A DNA stretch of 64,000 nt from Verrucomicrobiia bacterium (GTDB taxonomy: Bacteria; Verrucomicrobiota; Verrucomicrobiia; Limisphaerales; UBA1319), in assembly GCA_963664225.1 (NCBI GenBank), contig OY760937.1:3168001-3232000 (forward strand). Reading direction: 5' to 3'. The first letter of the stretch is position 1; every line of letters begins with the position of its first letter. A program made the translations under genes and the position numbers. The notes beneath the pieces are model-generated. The model saw only the letters and a program-made list of their open reading frames with translations, was not told the origin of the DNA and did no database searches. Shown one piece after another: positions 46,482 through 58,400 of this stretch.

Positions 46482-46660
46482 GAGAAAATTGAAATTGATT
46501 GTCGGGAAATGGAAAAACGAAAGGGTCACAAACTGCGAACGCAGTTGTTTCCTGAAGAACCAAACTTAAATTACTATCACCGAAAATGGATGTATTGCGC
46601 CCTCAATGTGAGACGACGGCACCCACTTTGCAAGCCAATATTTGACAGGCATTGAAATTG

Positions 46661-46705
46661 GGGCGCAGGACAAAATTCTTCCTGGAGGATCTTTGTCGAA
46701 CAACT
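46661..46705 (+). mobile_element. Solo left end of the 9-bp-TSD MITE family
   Basis: GGGCGCAGGACAAAATTCTTCCTGGAGGATCTTT matches 11237 onward. Confidence 0.65.
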
Positions 46706-46818
46706 CACTCCAACTCCCCGCTCGTGCCATGTTCAGATGTCAGGGCGAGGGAGAGGACGTGCGCGGTTGGTTGATTCGGTGGCGGCCTGTTATGGAAAGG
46801 GGCGACGCGTCATCGGGT

Positions 46819-47859
46819 TCATTGTTGTGCGGCGCGCGCCTTCACCAGGTCGAGAACAAAGATGCCGTGGCCGACACCAGCGGCCTCGCGCGAGTTGGCC
46901 ATCTGAAAGGCAATGAACCGGCCATCGTCGCTCACGACGGGATTCGACGCCTTGTACCCGGGATAGTCGCTGAAATAAGTGAGCCGTTCATAAGCGCCGC
47001 TCCCGTCGAGTTTGAGCTTCCACAAGTCAACACAACCCGGACCCTTGAGGTTTTGTTTGTCGCATTCGACGAGCGTGTATTCACCGTCCGGGAAAATGCC
47101 CTCGGGCTCGTCATATTGGCGGAGGGCATTGGAATAATTGATGACTTTCTTCGTCACCAAGTCGATCCCGGCGACCTCCGTGGCTTGGTAACCGTAAGCG
47201 CTGAAGGTCAGTTCGCGTTCTTCGGGCGGCCGGTAGTTCTGCGTCTCCAGTGTGCATTTGAAGGGAAGATCGCGGCTGTCAATGATGAGTCGCTGGTTTG
47301 CCAGTTGGGGCGTGCCGTCCTTGTAAACGATGTCCGCCTCCTGCATGCGTGAGCTTCCTGCCGGCATCTCGTCCGGATATTCGTCGGCGACGTGCGTCCA
47401 TGCGATGTGCTGACGTTTGCGGGAGACTGCCGGGCCTTCCGAGCATTTGGTGCCCAGCGGAACAGCGGGTTTCGTCCCGGTCTTTTCAAGAACGTAAAGC
47501 CAGCACTGCACCCGCGCGTCGCCCGATTTTTTTGGTTCAAAATTCTCGGGGCCGGAAAGCAGGATGTCGCCGTTGGCGAGGTAGAGGGCGCGTGTGTAGC
47601 CGTGGTGCGGGTAGTGGGCGGTGCGGTTGCGAATCCGCATCGTCGCGAGGTCAAGCTCCATGGCGTCGCCGAAAGTTTTCGACAAGAACAGGATGTGCTG
47701 TCCGTCGTGCGACCAATCGGCCCGTTCGCCAAACCAGGTCACCTGGCGGATGTGCGGCGGCAAATGGTCGGCGGGGCTATCGCCCGGCGCAGGATCGGCG
47801 GCGAACAGAACGGGAAGGACACCCAGCCAGGCGGTGAGGGCCAGATACAGTGGTTTCAT
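46819..47859 (-). CDS. Secreted TolB-like beta-propeller
   Basis: Signal peptide; WSHDGQHILF, FPDGEY, SDDGRFIAF. Confidence 0.75.
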   Translation of the reverse strand: MKPLYLALTAWLGVLPVLFAADPAPGDSPADHLPPHIRQVTWFGERADWSHDGQHILFLSKTFGDAMELDLATMRIRNRTAHYPHHGYTRALYLANGDILLSGPENFEPKKSGDARVQCWLYVLEKTGTKPAVPLGTKCSEGPAVSRKRQHIAWTHVADEYPDEMPAGSSRMQEADIVYKDGTPQLANQRLIIDSRDLPFKCTLETQNYRPPEERELTFSAYGYQATEVAGIDLVTKKVINYSNALRQYDEPEGIFPDGEYTLVECDKQNLKGPGCVDLWKLKLDGSGAYERLTYFSDYPGYKASNPVVSDDGRFIAFQMANSREAAGVGHGIFVLDLVKARAAQQ

Positions 47860-47906
47860 ACTTTGTTTTCAGGTGATAAAGGTTCAATGAAATCGCGGCG
47901 AACGGT

Positions 47907-50096
47907 TCACAGGTCAATGGCCACGACCTCATGGTCCAGAATGGCCGGCACCGTGACGCACAGGTATTCGCCAGAGTGCCCGGCACGAACACTTTTCCCG
48001 GCGGCCAGAAGCTGGACCTTTTTGGCCCGCGTTCCGTCGGGCAGACGCACGCGGACCTTCTGTTCGCCGATGGGAATGAGTTCGCGCACCGGTCCCTTCA
48101 TCATCATCGGGTTTGTGAGGTTGACCAGATGAACGGTGAGGGAGTTCTTTTGCCGCCACAGGGTGACGTCCAGGACACCGGGGCCGGTGACGGTGACGGG
48201 GGGCGGTTCGTTCGTGGCCCAGGTCACTGCGTTGCGAAGGAGCTTTAAGTGATCCACCGAAAGGACTTCCCAAAACGTGCGGTCGATATCCCACGGAAAA
48301 TAGGCCACCCGCCCTGCGCCCAGCTCACGGAGATAGACTTGCGGCACGTCGGTCTTGAGCACGCGCGGATAGACCTGCTCCATCGGGAGGTCGGGGTACG
48401 AGGGGATCAGCGTGAGCGGGGGATTTGGAAAGGGCCGGGCGGCCTGGACCTCGACGCAGCGCACGCCATTGATGATACGGGTAGCGTCCTCCAACCCGGC
48501 CAGAAGCGGATGGCGCCGGCCCGTCGCGGGATCGGATTCGAGCCGCAGATAGGAATTCTGCATCGGGCCAGTGATACTGCCTTTGAAGTTGACTCCAAAG
48601 AGGTCGGCCAGGCCGAAGTCTTTTCGCTTCACCCCCCATTCGTCGTAAAGGCTCGTTTCATAGGTGGCGATGAGGCCGCCGCCCCGTTCAACAAACGCGT
48701 GGAGCTGCGCGCATTGCGATTCGGAAAGGGCGGCAATGTCCGGCAGAATGAGCGTCTTGAACGGGCTGATGTGCGCCTGGTTGAGCAACCGGTCATGCAC
48801 CATTTCGAACGGTATGCGCGACTCGATGAGCGCCTGATACCAGCCCAGCGCGTGATCCTCGGCACGGCCACCGTGAAACCATGCGGTTTGCTGCGAATAA
48901 ACGAGGCCGACGCGCGCGAGGGGACGCTCGTTGCGCAGGTATTTCTCCCAGCGGGCGTAGCGGCGGTAAAGATCCTCCACCGGTTTCAGCCAGCGTTCGT
49001 CATGGAGAACGCCGGAAAACTTGGTGAACCACGGGCGCAGGTCATTGGCGACACCGTCCGCCACCCAGAGACGAATCTCCGCTTCGTTCTGCACGCTATC
49101 CTTCCAGCGGTAGGGTTCCTCGACGCCCACGCTGAAGATGCCGACGATGGGTTTGCGGCCCATGGTGGCGCGGAATTCCTTCCCGTTTTTACCGTTGAGC
49201 CACGGGGCCGCGAGACCCCGGCGGGCCTGTCGGTCCGCAATCAGGGTGGGTGCGATTTCGCCGATGCGTTGCATGTCGAGCGCACTGGTCGCGCCGCCGC
49301 CGGTGTTCGGGATGACGCACGAGTCGGGATTGATTTTGCGGACCTCGGAGTCCCACAGGCGCCACAAGTCAAAGAGCCTTTGCTGGTTCCAGAGAATGTA
49401 GGCCCGCCGCGCTGGATCCTGTGGATCACTGGTGCGGGGCAGCTTGTGCCCCGATGCGGTTTGGAAGTTCTTCTGGCAATGCTCGCAATAGCACATCCCG
49501 GAGCCGTCCCAGCGGTTGATGAATATGGCGTCCACGCGGTAGCGGGACATGATCTCCTTATGCACATCGGTCATGAACTCGAAGTTGTAGGGGCCGAGTC
49601 CGCAGGTCACCCACATCTCTGGAGAGGCCCAGTGCCGGCGTGGCCTGCCCGCCGCGTCCACCGCGATCCAATCCGGGTGGGCCGCCTGCACCTCGTTGTA
49701 GGTCGCGTGGGGGTCGGTGCGGGCGATGACAACCATGCCCAGCTTCCGGCAGCCGGCGACGAGATCGCCAAAAACGTCGCGGTCGCCCAGCCATGCGCTG
49801 CGATGATGGAACGGCACCTTTGTTGGATAATAGGCGACACATCCGCCCGCGCTGAGGCAGACGGCGTCGGAGCGGGTTCGCTTGAAATAGTCGAGCCAGA
49901 ACTGGATGTCGAACTTGCCCGGGTCATCTTCGACGAGGGTCAGCTGTGCCCAGCGCATGGGCTTGTCCACCCAACCCGGTGTGGGCGCGGCTGCGGCGAT
50001 CATTTCCGCGCCGCTGAGCCGGGTCCACGACAGTTCTCCCAGGGCGACTGTTGCGCCAGCGACACTGACGGTTTTCAAGAAGCTTCGACGATTCAT
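47907..50096 (-). CDS. Tat-exported GHL6/GH42-like glycoside hydrolase with trimerization-like domain
   Basis: MNRRSFLK; GGCVAYYPT; HPDW; CYCEHC; GGGLIATYETSLYDE. Confidence 0.75.
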   Translation of the reverse strand: MNRRSFLKTVSVAGATVALGELSWTRLSGAEMIAAAAPTPGWVDKPMRWAQLTLVEDDPGKFDIQFWLDYFKRTRSDAVCLSAGGCVAYYPTKVPFHHRSAWLGDRDVFGDLVAGCRKLGMVVIARTDPHATYNEVQAAHPDWIAVDAAGRPRRHWASPEMWVTCGLGPYNFEFMTDVHKEIMSRYRVDAIFINRWDGSGMCYCEHCQKNFQTASGHKLPRTSDPQDPARRAYILWNQQRLFDLWRLWDSEVRKINPDSCVIPNTGGGATSALDMQRIGEIAPTLIADRQARRGLAAPWLNGKNGKEFRATMGRKPIVGIFSVGVEEPYRWKDSVQNEAEIRLWVADGVANDLRPWFTKFSGVLHDERWLKPVEDLYRRYARWEKYLRNERPLARVGLVYSQQTAWFHGGRAEDHALGWYQALIESRIPFEMVHDRLLNQAHISPFKTLILPDIAALSESQCAQLHAFVERGGGLIATYETSLYDEWGVKRKDFGLADLFGVNFKGSITGPMQNSYLRLESDPATGRRHPLLAGLEDATRIINGVRCVEVQAARPFPNPPLTLIPSYPDLPMEQVYPRVLKTDVPQVYLRELGAGRVAYFPWDIDRTFWEVLSVDHLKLLRNAVTWATNEPPPVTVTGPGVLDVTLWRQKNSLTVHLVNLTNPMMMKGPVRELIPIGEQKVRVRLPDGTRAKKVQLLAAGKSVRAGHSGEYLCVTVPAILDHEVVAIDL

Positions 50097-50102
50097 ATGT
50101 GT

Positions 50103-51389
50103 TTACGCCGTCACCGGTCGGTGTTTCTTAATGAATTCAGGATCGATTTCCACGCCCAGTCCGGGGCCGGTCGGCACCTTGATCTTTCCGCCCACGATCT
50201 TCAGCGGCGAGGTCTTGCACTCAAAAGGCACGTTGGTGCCCAGCCCCTTGAACTCATGATGGGCACCGGCATTGGGCAGCACGGAGACGAGGTGACTGTT
50301 GTACAGGAAGCCCAGGCCGCCTCCGGACATGTGTGGGACGATCGATTTGCCGAACGCCGCCGCCATGCGCCCGACCTTCACGGATCGGATGAGGCCGCCG
50401 AAGTAGTAGCTGTCCGGCTGCACAATCTCGATGGCGTCATTGGCGATCAGCCAGCGGAAGTTGACAAAGCCCTGGTCCTGCTCGCCGTTGGCGATCGGAA
50501 TGGTCAGGGCGTCGGCCACCTTCTTGATGGCTTCGAAGTCATCGTACATCACAGGCTCTTCAAAATAGGCATACTTGTTTTCCTCGAGCAGCTTGCCCAC
50601 ACGGATCGCCTCGTCCACCTCATAATAGCCATTCGCGTCGGCATAGAGCGCCATGTCGCTCCCGAAAGTCTCCCGGAGCAGGGGGATCAAACGTTCGCTC
50701 TTTCCCACGGGACCCGTGGCGCGCATGTCGGTGGTCATGAACATCAGGCAGCCCACCTTGATCTTGAGTGCCTTGGCGTCGTATTCCGCCACGGCCTTCC
50801 TGATCCGATCGAAGGTTTCCTCCAGGGGGCGCTCCCGCCATTCGGTCGCCACATAGACGGCGACTTCCGGATGATGAATCTGACCGATCAACTGGCCGAG
50901 CGATCGTCCGGCCATGCGCCCGAGCATATCGAGAATGGCGAACTCGAGGGTCGCCAGCGGCAGCCCGAGGGAGATTCCATTGTAGCGGAAGTTGAACCCG
51001 TAGATGTAAACCTTCTCCAGAATCAGATCCAATTCGCGGGCATCCTTGCCCAGGAAAAATGGGCGCAGGTTCTGAAGAAATATCGGATAGAGCAGGCTCA
51101 TGCCGCTGTGCGCGACCGAAATGCCCTCAGCGCCGTCAGCCGACCGGACGCGGCACAGGTAGCTGTTTTCCGACCGGAGCAGTTCGACGCTTTGAATGAT
51201 GACGGGGCTGGTGAACAGCTCCTTTTTCAGCACAGGCTGACGAAGGATTTCGAGAAGCCTGGCCTGCCTCGCTTCGACGTCCTGCAGGCGGACGCGGCCC
51301 GCACTATCCGCCCCGCGCGAGGACAGGGAAACCAGTGGCGAGGCCAGCCCTGCGGCTGCTGCCGTTGAGAGGAATTTTCGTCGGTTCAT
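50103..51389 (-). CDS. Tat-exported mandelate racemase/enolase-superfamily enzyme
   Basis: [43 protein letters not shown]. Confidence 0.85.
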   Translation of the reverse strand: MNRRKFLSTAAAAGLASPLVSLSSRGADSAGRVRLQDVEARQARLLEILRQPVLKKELFTSPVIIQSVELLRSENSYLCRVRSADGAEGISVAHSGMSLLYPIFLQNLRPFFLGKDARELDLILEKVYIYGFNFRYNGISLGLPLATLEFAILDMLGRMAGRSLGQLIGQIHHPEVAVYVATEWRERPLEETFDRIRKAVAEYDAKALKIKVGCLMFMTTDMRATGPVGKSERLIPLLRETFGSDMALYADANGYYEVDEAIRVGKLLEENKYAYFEEPVMYDDFEAIKKVADALTIPIANGEQDQGFVNFRWLIANDAIEIVQPDSYYFGGLIRSVKVGRMAAAFGKSIVPHMSGGGLGFLYNSHLVSVLPNAGAHHEFKGLGTNVPFECKTSPLKIVGGKIKVPTGPGLGVEIDPEFIKKHRPVTA

Positions 51390-51409
51390 AAATCGGGTTC
51401 TGCGTTTTA

Positions 51410-54073
51410 TCAGCGCTGCAGCTTCACCACTACGTAAGGCGTCTCCTGGTTCAGGTCGGGATGGATGCCGCCGTTGCCATCGTTGTCCATCGCCTCGATG
51501 AAATACATGATGTCCCAGGTCGGAGGGAGATCAGCCAGGGGGATGACCGCTTGATACCGGCCTTCCACACCAGTGGGAAGCATGGACACGGTGCGGTAGT
51601 CCTGATGCTGGTTGACGCTGCGAAAACGGAGACGCACCCACTTGACCCCGGCTGGATCGCGCACTTCGGCGGTAATGGTGAGTGGCATGCCGGCCGGGGC
51701 GGCAAGGACGGGCTGGTGCAATACCTGAGGCGGCGTCCCGTCACCCGCGATGGTGGAAGGCTGAAAGCGAGGCGCGGACCTGGCTGCGGGATTGGGCTTC
51801 AAATCGCGCCGCATTCGATCCAAAGTGGCCAGGCCCTTTTCGAGCGCCGCCAGCTCATCCTTCCAATGTCCGCAAAGGTCGGCGCCGCGCACGCCCATCA
51901 TGAGGTCATTGGTGTAAAAGTCTCCCGCGGCCGCCACGAGTTGCCGCCACGCTTCGATGGCGTTCCGCTCCTCCGCGATCGCTTCATCGAGAGCCTTCGC
52001 GTCCTTGCTCCGCTCGAACAGGCGGAAGTTGACGGCGGCGGTGATTCTGCGCGAGTGATAGAGCGCCAGGTTGGCAAGAATCTTAAGATCCGTGAGCGTG
52101 GACTCGAGTTCCCTGCCACCGCGGGCGTCCTTGTGTTGCCCGGCCCCGGCCACTGCGGAGGTGATTTCGGCCGCGGTCTGCGCGAACCAACGGCTGTTCG
52201 CGCCGGGCCGTATCTTCGCCGTTTCACCGCCATCGAGGAGCAATTGCGCCTCCTCGTCGAAGCTGGCGAACTGCTGAATGTCACTGCCCTCGGCGCGCGC
52301 GTAGGCAGGCAGGTCGCCGAGCCGCTGTTTCTCCGCCCAACCGCGGGTCATGGGGAAGCTACCATACGGGTAGCACGAAGCGACAATGCGGGGCAGCACC
52401 TTGCTGGCCTGGTGCAGACCTTGCTCGATGAAGGGGGCGGATGCCTGGCCAAAGCGCCTTTCGAACTCCCGCTGCCAGATTTCCGACGGTGAGTCGGGGT
52501 TGTAGCCCAACCGGCCGAACACCTGGAAGAAGTGCCAGTAGCGCTCGAACTCGTATTGGTAGTAACGGTGCGGCGGCGTCAGCAAGTCGAACGGTTTTGC
52601 GTCGTGCGGCTGGGCCTCCATCTTGGTGCAGAGCGGTTCGTTCACCTCGAAACCGGCGCCGTCGTAGAGGCGGGTGCTTTCGACAAAACGGCGCGCGTAA
52701 TCGGGATCCCCCCACAACAACACGCGCGCGGTGCCGCCGTTCCACAGGCGCCACAGCATCTGGTAGCGTTGCGGGTAACGCAGCATGTCCGCGTAAGAGT
52801 GGCGGCGGTCAAACTGGTTCTCGCGGTTGACGTGGGTGGGATGAAACGGCAGCCCCATTTGTTCCATCCAATACTTGGTGGTGATGCGAAACGGCACACC
52901 CACCGCCAGGGCGCTCTCGATGACTGAGTCGGGCAGCCCCTTGGCCCGCAAATCGAGTCGCAGGTTTGGAGCCTCTTTTTTCATCATCTGGAACACGTCG
53001 CGCCAAAAAACCTCCTGCTCGCCGGCTTTCAGGCCGGATTCGTCATGCATGCGGAATTGAATGGCATCGAGCGCCGGGACCTGCTTCACAAACCGGGCGA
53101 GCGCGGCCTGGGTATAAGGGACGAGATTCTCCGCCGTTACGCCCCAAACCAGGCCGGGCGTGGGCTGTCTGGTGGCTGCATCCGCTCCGGGAATGCCACC
53201 GCCCTGCACACCGCCGCGATAGATGTGGTCCCAAATCCCCACGGTGAACTTCACGCCGCGGTCGTGCGCCATCTGGATGAGCCGGTTCAGCGCCCCGAGG
53301 TTGCGCTGTTGCTGTTCCGGCGTCAGGCCCACCATCCGCACGCCGGGGAATCCTTCCACGTCGAAGAAGTAAGGGTAGCACGGCGCCAGAAAGCCGCCGT
53401 TTTCATAACCGAAAATCACCACCAGCGAATTGAACCGGTTTTGCGCCAGCACATTGAGATACCGCGCCCAGTAGGCTTCGTCGAAAAACCGGCTTTCCCA
53501 ATACGCCCGGTTAAAGGTGTAGATGGAGAGCGCCCGCTCGGACGCGCAGGGCTTTTCCTCCACGTCCCGGACCTCGCTAAACGGTTGCTCCGCCGACGCC
53601 GCCCAGCCAACCCGGTCTGCGACGTCCAGCAGCGCATACATTAACCCGCGTGGGTCGGCCCCGACGATCAGGAGGACGGTTTGGTCGTTCCGGCTGAACT
53701 TGCGGATTAATAGCGACTCCGGTGTCTTTGGAAACGGGAGCTTCAATTCGGTCAGGAGGGTCGCCGTTTCTCCGATGTCCGATGTGAGGCTGGCGATGAC
53801 CACGAATCGGCCATTGGCGCGTTGGAACGAGGCGGCTTCCGCCAGCGATACCCCTTTCGCCTGTAGGGCTTCCTTGAGCTTGCTCAGGCCATGCTGGATG
53901 GGCTTCGCGGTATCGGCACGGATGACCAAGGAGACCAGCGGAGCGTCGGCGGCAAATGTTGCAGGTGGAAAAATGGCCAGAAGAGAGAGCACACCAAAAG
54001 CGACGGGCAAGATGCGTTTCAAGATGGCTGCAATGGGAGTCACAGCCGGATTCAAGCAGGGGCTGGAAAACAT
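51410..54073 (-). CDS. Large secreted hypothetical carbohydrate-active protein
   Basis: [14 protein letters not shown]-terminal domain, RMHDESG, C-terminal Ig-like domain; start uncertain. Confidence 0.65.
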   Translation of the reverse strand: MFSSPCLNPAVTPIAAILKRILPVAFGVLSLLAIFPPATFAADAPLVSLVIRADTAKPIQHGLSKLKEALQAKGVSLAEAASFQRANGRFVVIASLTSDIGETATLLTELKLPFPKTPESLLIRKFSRNDQTVLLIVGADPRGLMYALLDVADRVGWAASAEQPFSEVRDVEEKPCASERALSIYTFNRAYWESRFFDEAYWARYLNVLAQNRFNSLVVIFGYENGGFLAPCYPYFFDVEGFPGVRMVGLTPEQQQRNLGALNRLIQMAHDRGVKFTVGIWDHIYRGGVQGGGIPGADAATRQPTPGLVWGVTAENLVPYTQAALARFVKQVPALDAIQFRMHDESGLKAGEQEVFWRDVFQMMKKEAPNLRLDLRAKGLPDSVIESALAVGVPFRITTKYWMEQMGLPFHPTHVNRENQFDRRHSYADMLRYPQRYQMLWRLWNGGTARVLLWGDPDYARRFVESTRLYDGAGFEVNEPLCTKMEAQPHDAKPFDLLTPPHRYYQYEFERYWHFFQVFGRLGYNPDSPSEIWQREFERRFGQASAPFIEQGLHQASKVLPRIVASCYPYGSFPMTRGWAEKQRLGDLPAYARAEGSDIQQFASFDEEAQLLLDGGETAKIRPGANSRWFAQTAAEITSAVAGAGQHKDARGGRELESTLTDLKILANLALYHSRRITAAVNFRLFERSKDAKALDEAIAEERNAIEAWRQLVAAAGDFYTNDLMMGVRGADLCGHWKDELAALEKGLATLDRMRRDLKPNPAARSAPRFQPSTIAGDGTPPQVLHQPVLAAPAGMPLTITAEVRDPAGVKWVRLRFRSVNQHQDYRTVSMLPTGVEGRYQAVIPLADLPPTWDIMYFIEAMDNDGNGGIHPDLNQETPYVVVKLQR

Positions 54074-54287
54074 GGCAACTGTTTTGAAGGACGGGCGGAC
54101 GGCGAAGCGCGCGGCCTTTTTTGGTCTTTTCCCAATACAGATGAAACCACATCCCGATTTCATGCCTTTTGCCAGCTTTTCGATCGGCAAAATGCGGGAT
54201 TTTGAAGCTGTAGGGGTACGCAAAAGCGGCGCCGTTTCCAGCGCCGCATCTGAGGATGGGTTTTTTTTATATGCGATACTAATTCGC

Positions 54288-55301
54288 TTATTTCAAAATC
54301 GGACGAAGAACAATGTTCCGATATTCAATTCCAGCGTGATCTCCCTGCAAATAAATTGGACCCGGCTTGAACTCATCAGACCAGAGGGCGCCGCCTGTGC
54401 AGCCCAGGAGGGGTTGGTTATCGATGATTTTTTTGCCGTTCAGGATCACCGTGGCATGACGGTCGCAGAGGGTGATTTGCACGGTCTGCCGCTCGCCTGC
54501 GGGCTTTTCAGCCGCCTCAGTGGGGGTTAAACGGCTGTAAATGGCGCCCATATTATGGGAATCGACCGCATGGCCGTAAGTATCGGCCACCTGGCACTCA
54601 TAGATGCCGCGCAGGTAAATGCCGCTGTTGCCGTTCTTGGGAACTCGGGCCTCGATATTGAGCTGGAAATCCTCAAATTCCTTTTCCGTGCGCAAATTGC
54701 CGTAGTTTTTGTGGGGTTTACCCTCTTCCTGGGCGGGATCGTTGATCAAAATGCCGTCTTTGACGCTCCATCCATTGGCCTGATTTTCATCGGTTAACTT
54801 CCAACCTGAAAGGTCTTTATCGTTAAATAACTTAATCGGGTCGCCGAATTTCACATTATTCAGGTCCGGAGCGGGCGGAACGGCCGGAATCCGTTTGCCG
54901 GTGAATTCCTCCCGGGTGATGCCTTCGCCGTTTTCGTTGAGGTGGAGGATAACGAGATTGATTTGGTCACCATCGACTTTTCCGGTGATCAAATCGGTGA
55001 ATTGCTGGGTGCGGACCACTTTGCCGCTTTCATCTTTGCGCTGCACCTGCCGGGTGCGGGAAACGTAAATGGCGTCACGATCGAAGACGACACTGGAGGC
55101 GGGTTCCACGCTGCCGCCGCCCCAGAGAACGCCGGCATCGTACCAGCCTTTTTCCTGGGTGACGCCCAGCCAGCCGGCGCCGCCGCCCGGGATGGTCAGG
55201 GCCCAGCGCCCGATGAAGGGGTTTGAATTATCCGCGGCGAGAACTGCGCCACCGGCAAGCAGCAATGCGCCCGCGATCGAAGCAAGGTGTTTCATAGACA
55301 T
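54288..55301 (-). CDS. DUF1080 (3-keto-disaccharide hydrolase-like) protein
   Basis: LFNDKDLSGW, NSGIYLRG, IYLQGDH, YRNI. Confidence 0.85.
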   Translation of the reverse strand: MSMKHLASIAGALLLAGGAVLAADNSNPFIGRWALTIPGGGAGWLGVTQEKGWYDAGVLWGGGSVEPASSVVFDRDAIYVSRTRQVQRKDESGKVVRTQQFTDLITGKVDGDQINLVILHLNENGEGITREEFTGKRIPAVPPAPDLNNVKFGDPIKLFNDKDLSGWKLTDENQANGWSVKDGILINDPAQEEGKPHKNYGNLRTEKEFEDFQLNIEARVPKNGNSGIYLRGIYECQVADTYGHAVDSHNMGAIYSRLTPTEAAEKPAGERQTVQITLCDRHATVILNGKKIIDNQPLLGCTGGALWSDEFKPGPIYLQGDHAGIEYRNIVLRPILK

Positions 55302-55464
55302 GATGGAGTTTGTTATTGCGGATTATTAATGCCACAGGTTCCGGGATTGGGCAAGGAAGGAAGCGGGTGCATGAAATTCACATGGATGGACAGGATGCAC
55401 AGGATGCACAGGATAAAAAGGGATGTTGGTTCGCAAAAACATCCATGCTTGAATTCCTTCCGAT

Positions 55465-58400
55465 TCAGAGCGCCAGCAGGAGCTTTTTGATCTCTTTTAG
55501 GCGCGCAGAGGCGGTTTTCTTGGTCATGCGCGGAAATTTTCCGGACATCATGATGTAATCCTTGTTGCGCTTGAGCATCAATTTATCGAGGCGCGTTTCA
55601 ATTTCAGAAACGCCCTTCCCGGCGGCCAGGATTTTAAGTTCGGCAATGCTCAGCAGCAGTTCCAGCGATTCGGGCAATGGACCGAAACGATCACGGCACT
55701 CGTTTTTGAGGGCGGACAGGGATTCCTGATCGTTGGCCTGGGCGAGTTTGCGATAGATTTCCACGCGCTGGCGGTCGTCGGGCACGTAGTCATACGGCAC
55801 GAATGCCGCCGCATGGCGGACGGGCACCGGAGTGTCGATGGCGCGGGCGGAGGGTTCGGAATGCCAGGTGGCCACCTCGCGCGGAATCGAGATTTGGTCT
55901 TTGGACTGAACAGCCGGTTTCTCAGCTTCTTCCAGAGCCGGGATGCCCGGTTGGAGGTGGATGAAATCGATGCGAACGGAGACATCGATTCGTTTCTTGA
56001 CCGGCTCGCCTTTCAGGGCGCTGACGCTTTGCTTGAGAAGCTGGCAATAGAGCTCGAAGCCCACGGCGGTGATGTGACCGCTTTGCTGGGGGCCCAGGAG
56101 GTTGCCCGCGCCGCGAATTTCCAGGTCGCGCATGGCGATCTTAAATCCGCTGCCCAGGCTCGAGTATTGCTTGATGGCGCTGAGGCGTTTCCGGGCGTCC
56201 GAGAGCAATCCGGCATGTCGGGGCAGGAGCAGGTAAGCGTAGGCCTGATGTTTATAGCGGCCCACGCGCCCGCGCAATTGGTAAAGGTCGCTCAGGCCGA
56301 AGCGGTCGGCGCGGTCGATGATGATGGTGTTTGCGTTGGGAATATCCAGGCCGCTCTCGATGATCGTGGTGGAGACGAGCACATCAGCCTGGCCATTGAT
56401 GAACTGGGACATGATGTCCTCAAGTTCGTCGCTTTCCATCTGGCCGTGGCCCACAACCAGTCGCGCCTGCGGAACCAGCGCGCGAATGCGGTCGGCAACA
56501 ATGCCGATGGTGGCGACTCGATTGTGCAGGAAAAAGACCTGACCCTGGCGGTTGATCTCGCGCAGGATGGCGTCCCGAATCACGCGCTCGTCGTAGGCAA
56601 TGACCTGGGTTTCCACCGGGAGGCGGTCATGCGGCGGCGTCTCGATGGTGCTCATGTCACGCGCTCCGGTCAGGGCCAGATAGAGCGTGCGCGGAATGGG
56701 CGTCGCGCTCAGGGTCAACACATCCACGAGATGGCGCAGACGCTTGAAACGTTCCTTGTGGAGCACGCCGAAGCGCTGTTCCTCGTCGATCACCACCAAT
56801 CCGAGGTCCTTGAAAGTGATGTCGTCCTGAATGAGTCGGTGTGTGCCGATGACCACGTCCACCGCGCCGCTGGCCAGGTCCTGGACCGCGCGCTTTTGCT
56901 GGGCGCGGCTGCGATAGCGGGAGAGCAGTTCGATGCGCACCGGGTAATCGGCCATGCGCTCGCGAAAGGTGTTGAAATGTTGTTGCGCGAGAACCGTGGT
57001 GGGAACCAGCACCGCGGCTTGTTTTCCACTCATCACGGCCTTGAACACGGCGCGCAGGGCCACCTCCGTTTTGCCGAAACCGACATCGCCGCAGATGAGC
57101 CGGTCCATCGGCTTGGGATTCTCCATGTCGGTCTTGGCATCGAGAATGGCTTTGTGCTGGCCGGGGGTTTCCTCGTAGAGAAAGGAGCTTTCGAATTCCC
57201 GCTGCCAGGGGGTGTCGGGAGGAAATGAATGGCCCATTTGCGCGGCGCGCGCCGCTTGAATGGAGAGAAGCTCCGAGGCCAGATCGCGAACGGCGTGCTC
57301 GGCCTGAGCCCGGGCCTTGGCCCAACGCGCGCCCCCGAGCGTGTTCAGCGGCGGACGGACCTTGCCCGCGCCCACGTATTTGCCGACGAGGTGGGCTTCC
57401 GTCACCGGGACATAGAGCTTGGGCGGCTCCTGATCGGGGCTGCTCGCGGCGTATTCGATTACCAGGCATTCCTGGCCCTGGCCCGGTTCCTTGCGGAGGT
57501 TGACATCCTCACCGCGCCGCCGCGTGGCGTTGAAGGGCATGACCTGTAGGCCGCAATACCGCCCAATGCCATGCTGCAAATGCACGACATAGTCGCCTTC
57601 CTCGAGTTCTGTAAAATCGATTTCCAGGGCGGATCGGGTGACCCGGGCCTGCGGCGACTTGAGCCTCCGGGCCGAGGGTACCCGGTAGCGTCCGAACACC
57701 TCGGCATCCGTCACCACCACCAGCCGGGTGTCGTCAAGCAGAAAACCCCGGGAGAGCGTTCCAATGAACGTCTCCATGGGTTCCATCTCGGGCGACGACT
57801 CGGGGTTGCCCAGACCGCATTCCGCCCAGACTTCCTTGAAGCGCTGCAGTTCTCCGGCATTGTTGCAGAAGACGCGCACCGCATACCCCTGGCGGCTCCA
57901 CCGATGAAGTTGCGCGAAGAATTCGAGGCGCTGCGCCTCGGCCACTTGCGGATCCGGCGCTTGCACATCCATGGGTCGATAGGCATCGAGGCTGGTCATG
58001 GCCATGTCCTCGTTTTCCATAGCCAGTTCGCTCAATTCAACCGCGGTCGATCCATTGGCCTCGAAGCGTTCGCGCGTCTGGCTCCAGGGAATGTAAAAAG
58101 CATCCTTCACCGGAATCTGGGCCTCGTACAGCGCGGCCTGTTCCTCCAGCAAATCCGGTTCGAGCAACAGAATAATCGAATTCGCGGGCAGGTAGTCCGT
58201 GAACGCACCAAGGCCCTCGATGGGACGCCCCTGTTCGCGGGCCTGGATTTCCACCTGGCGCAGCAGGCCCAGTTCGCCGCCGGGCGGGAGGAGGATTTGT
58301 TCAAGAGGCCCAATGGACATCTGCGTGGAGGGATCGAACCAGCGCAGGGATTCCAATTCGTCCCCGAAGAATTCGAGGCGCACGGGTTGCGCGGCCGTGA

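Noticed and set aside
48249..51368. 1039-aa plus-strand ORF and similar long ORFs (e.g. 4115-5353, 13974-15959, 24334-25854, 27148-28734)
   Set aside because: Antisense shadows of well-supported GC-rich genes, with no motifs.
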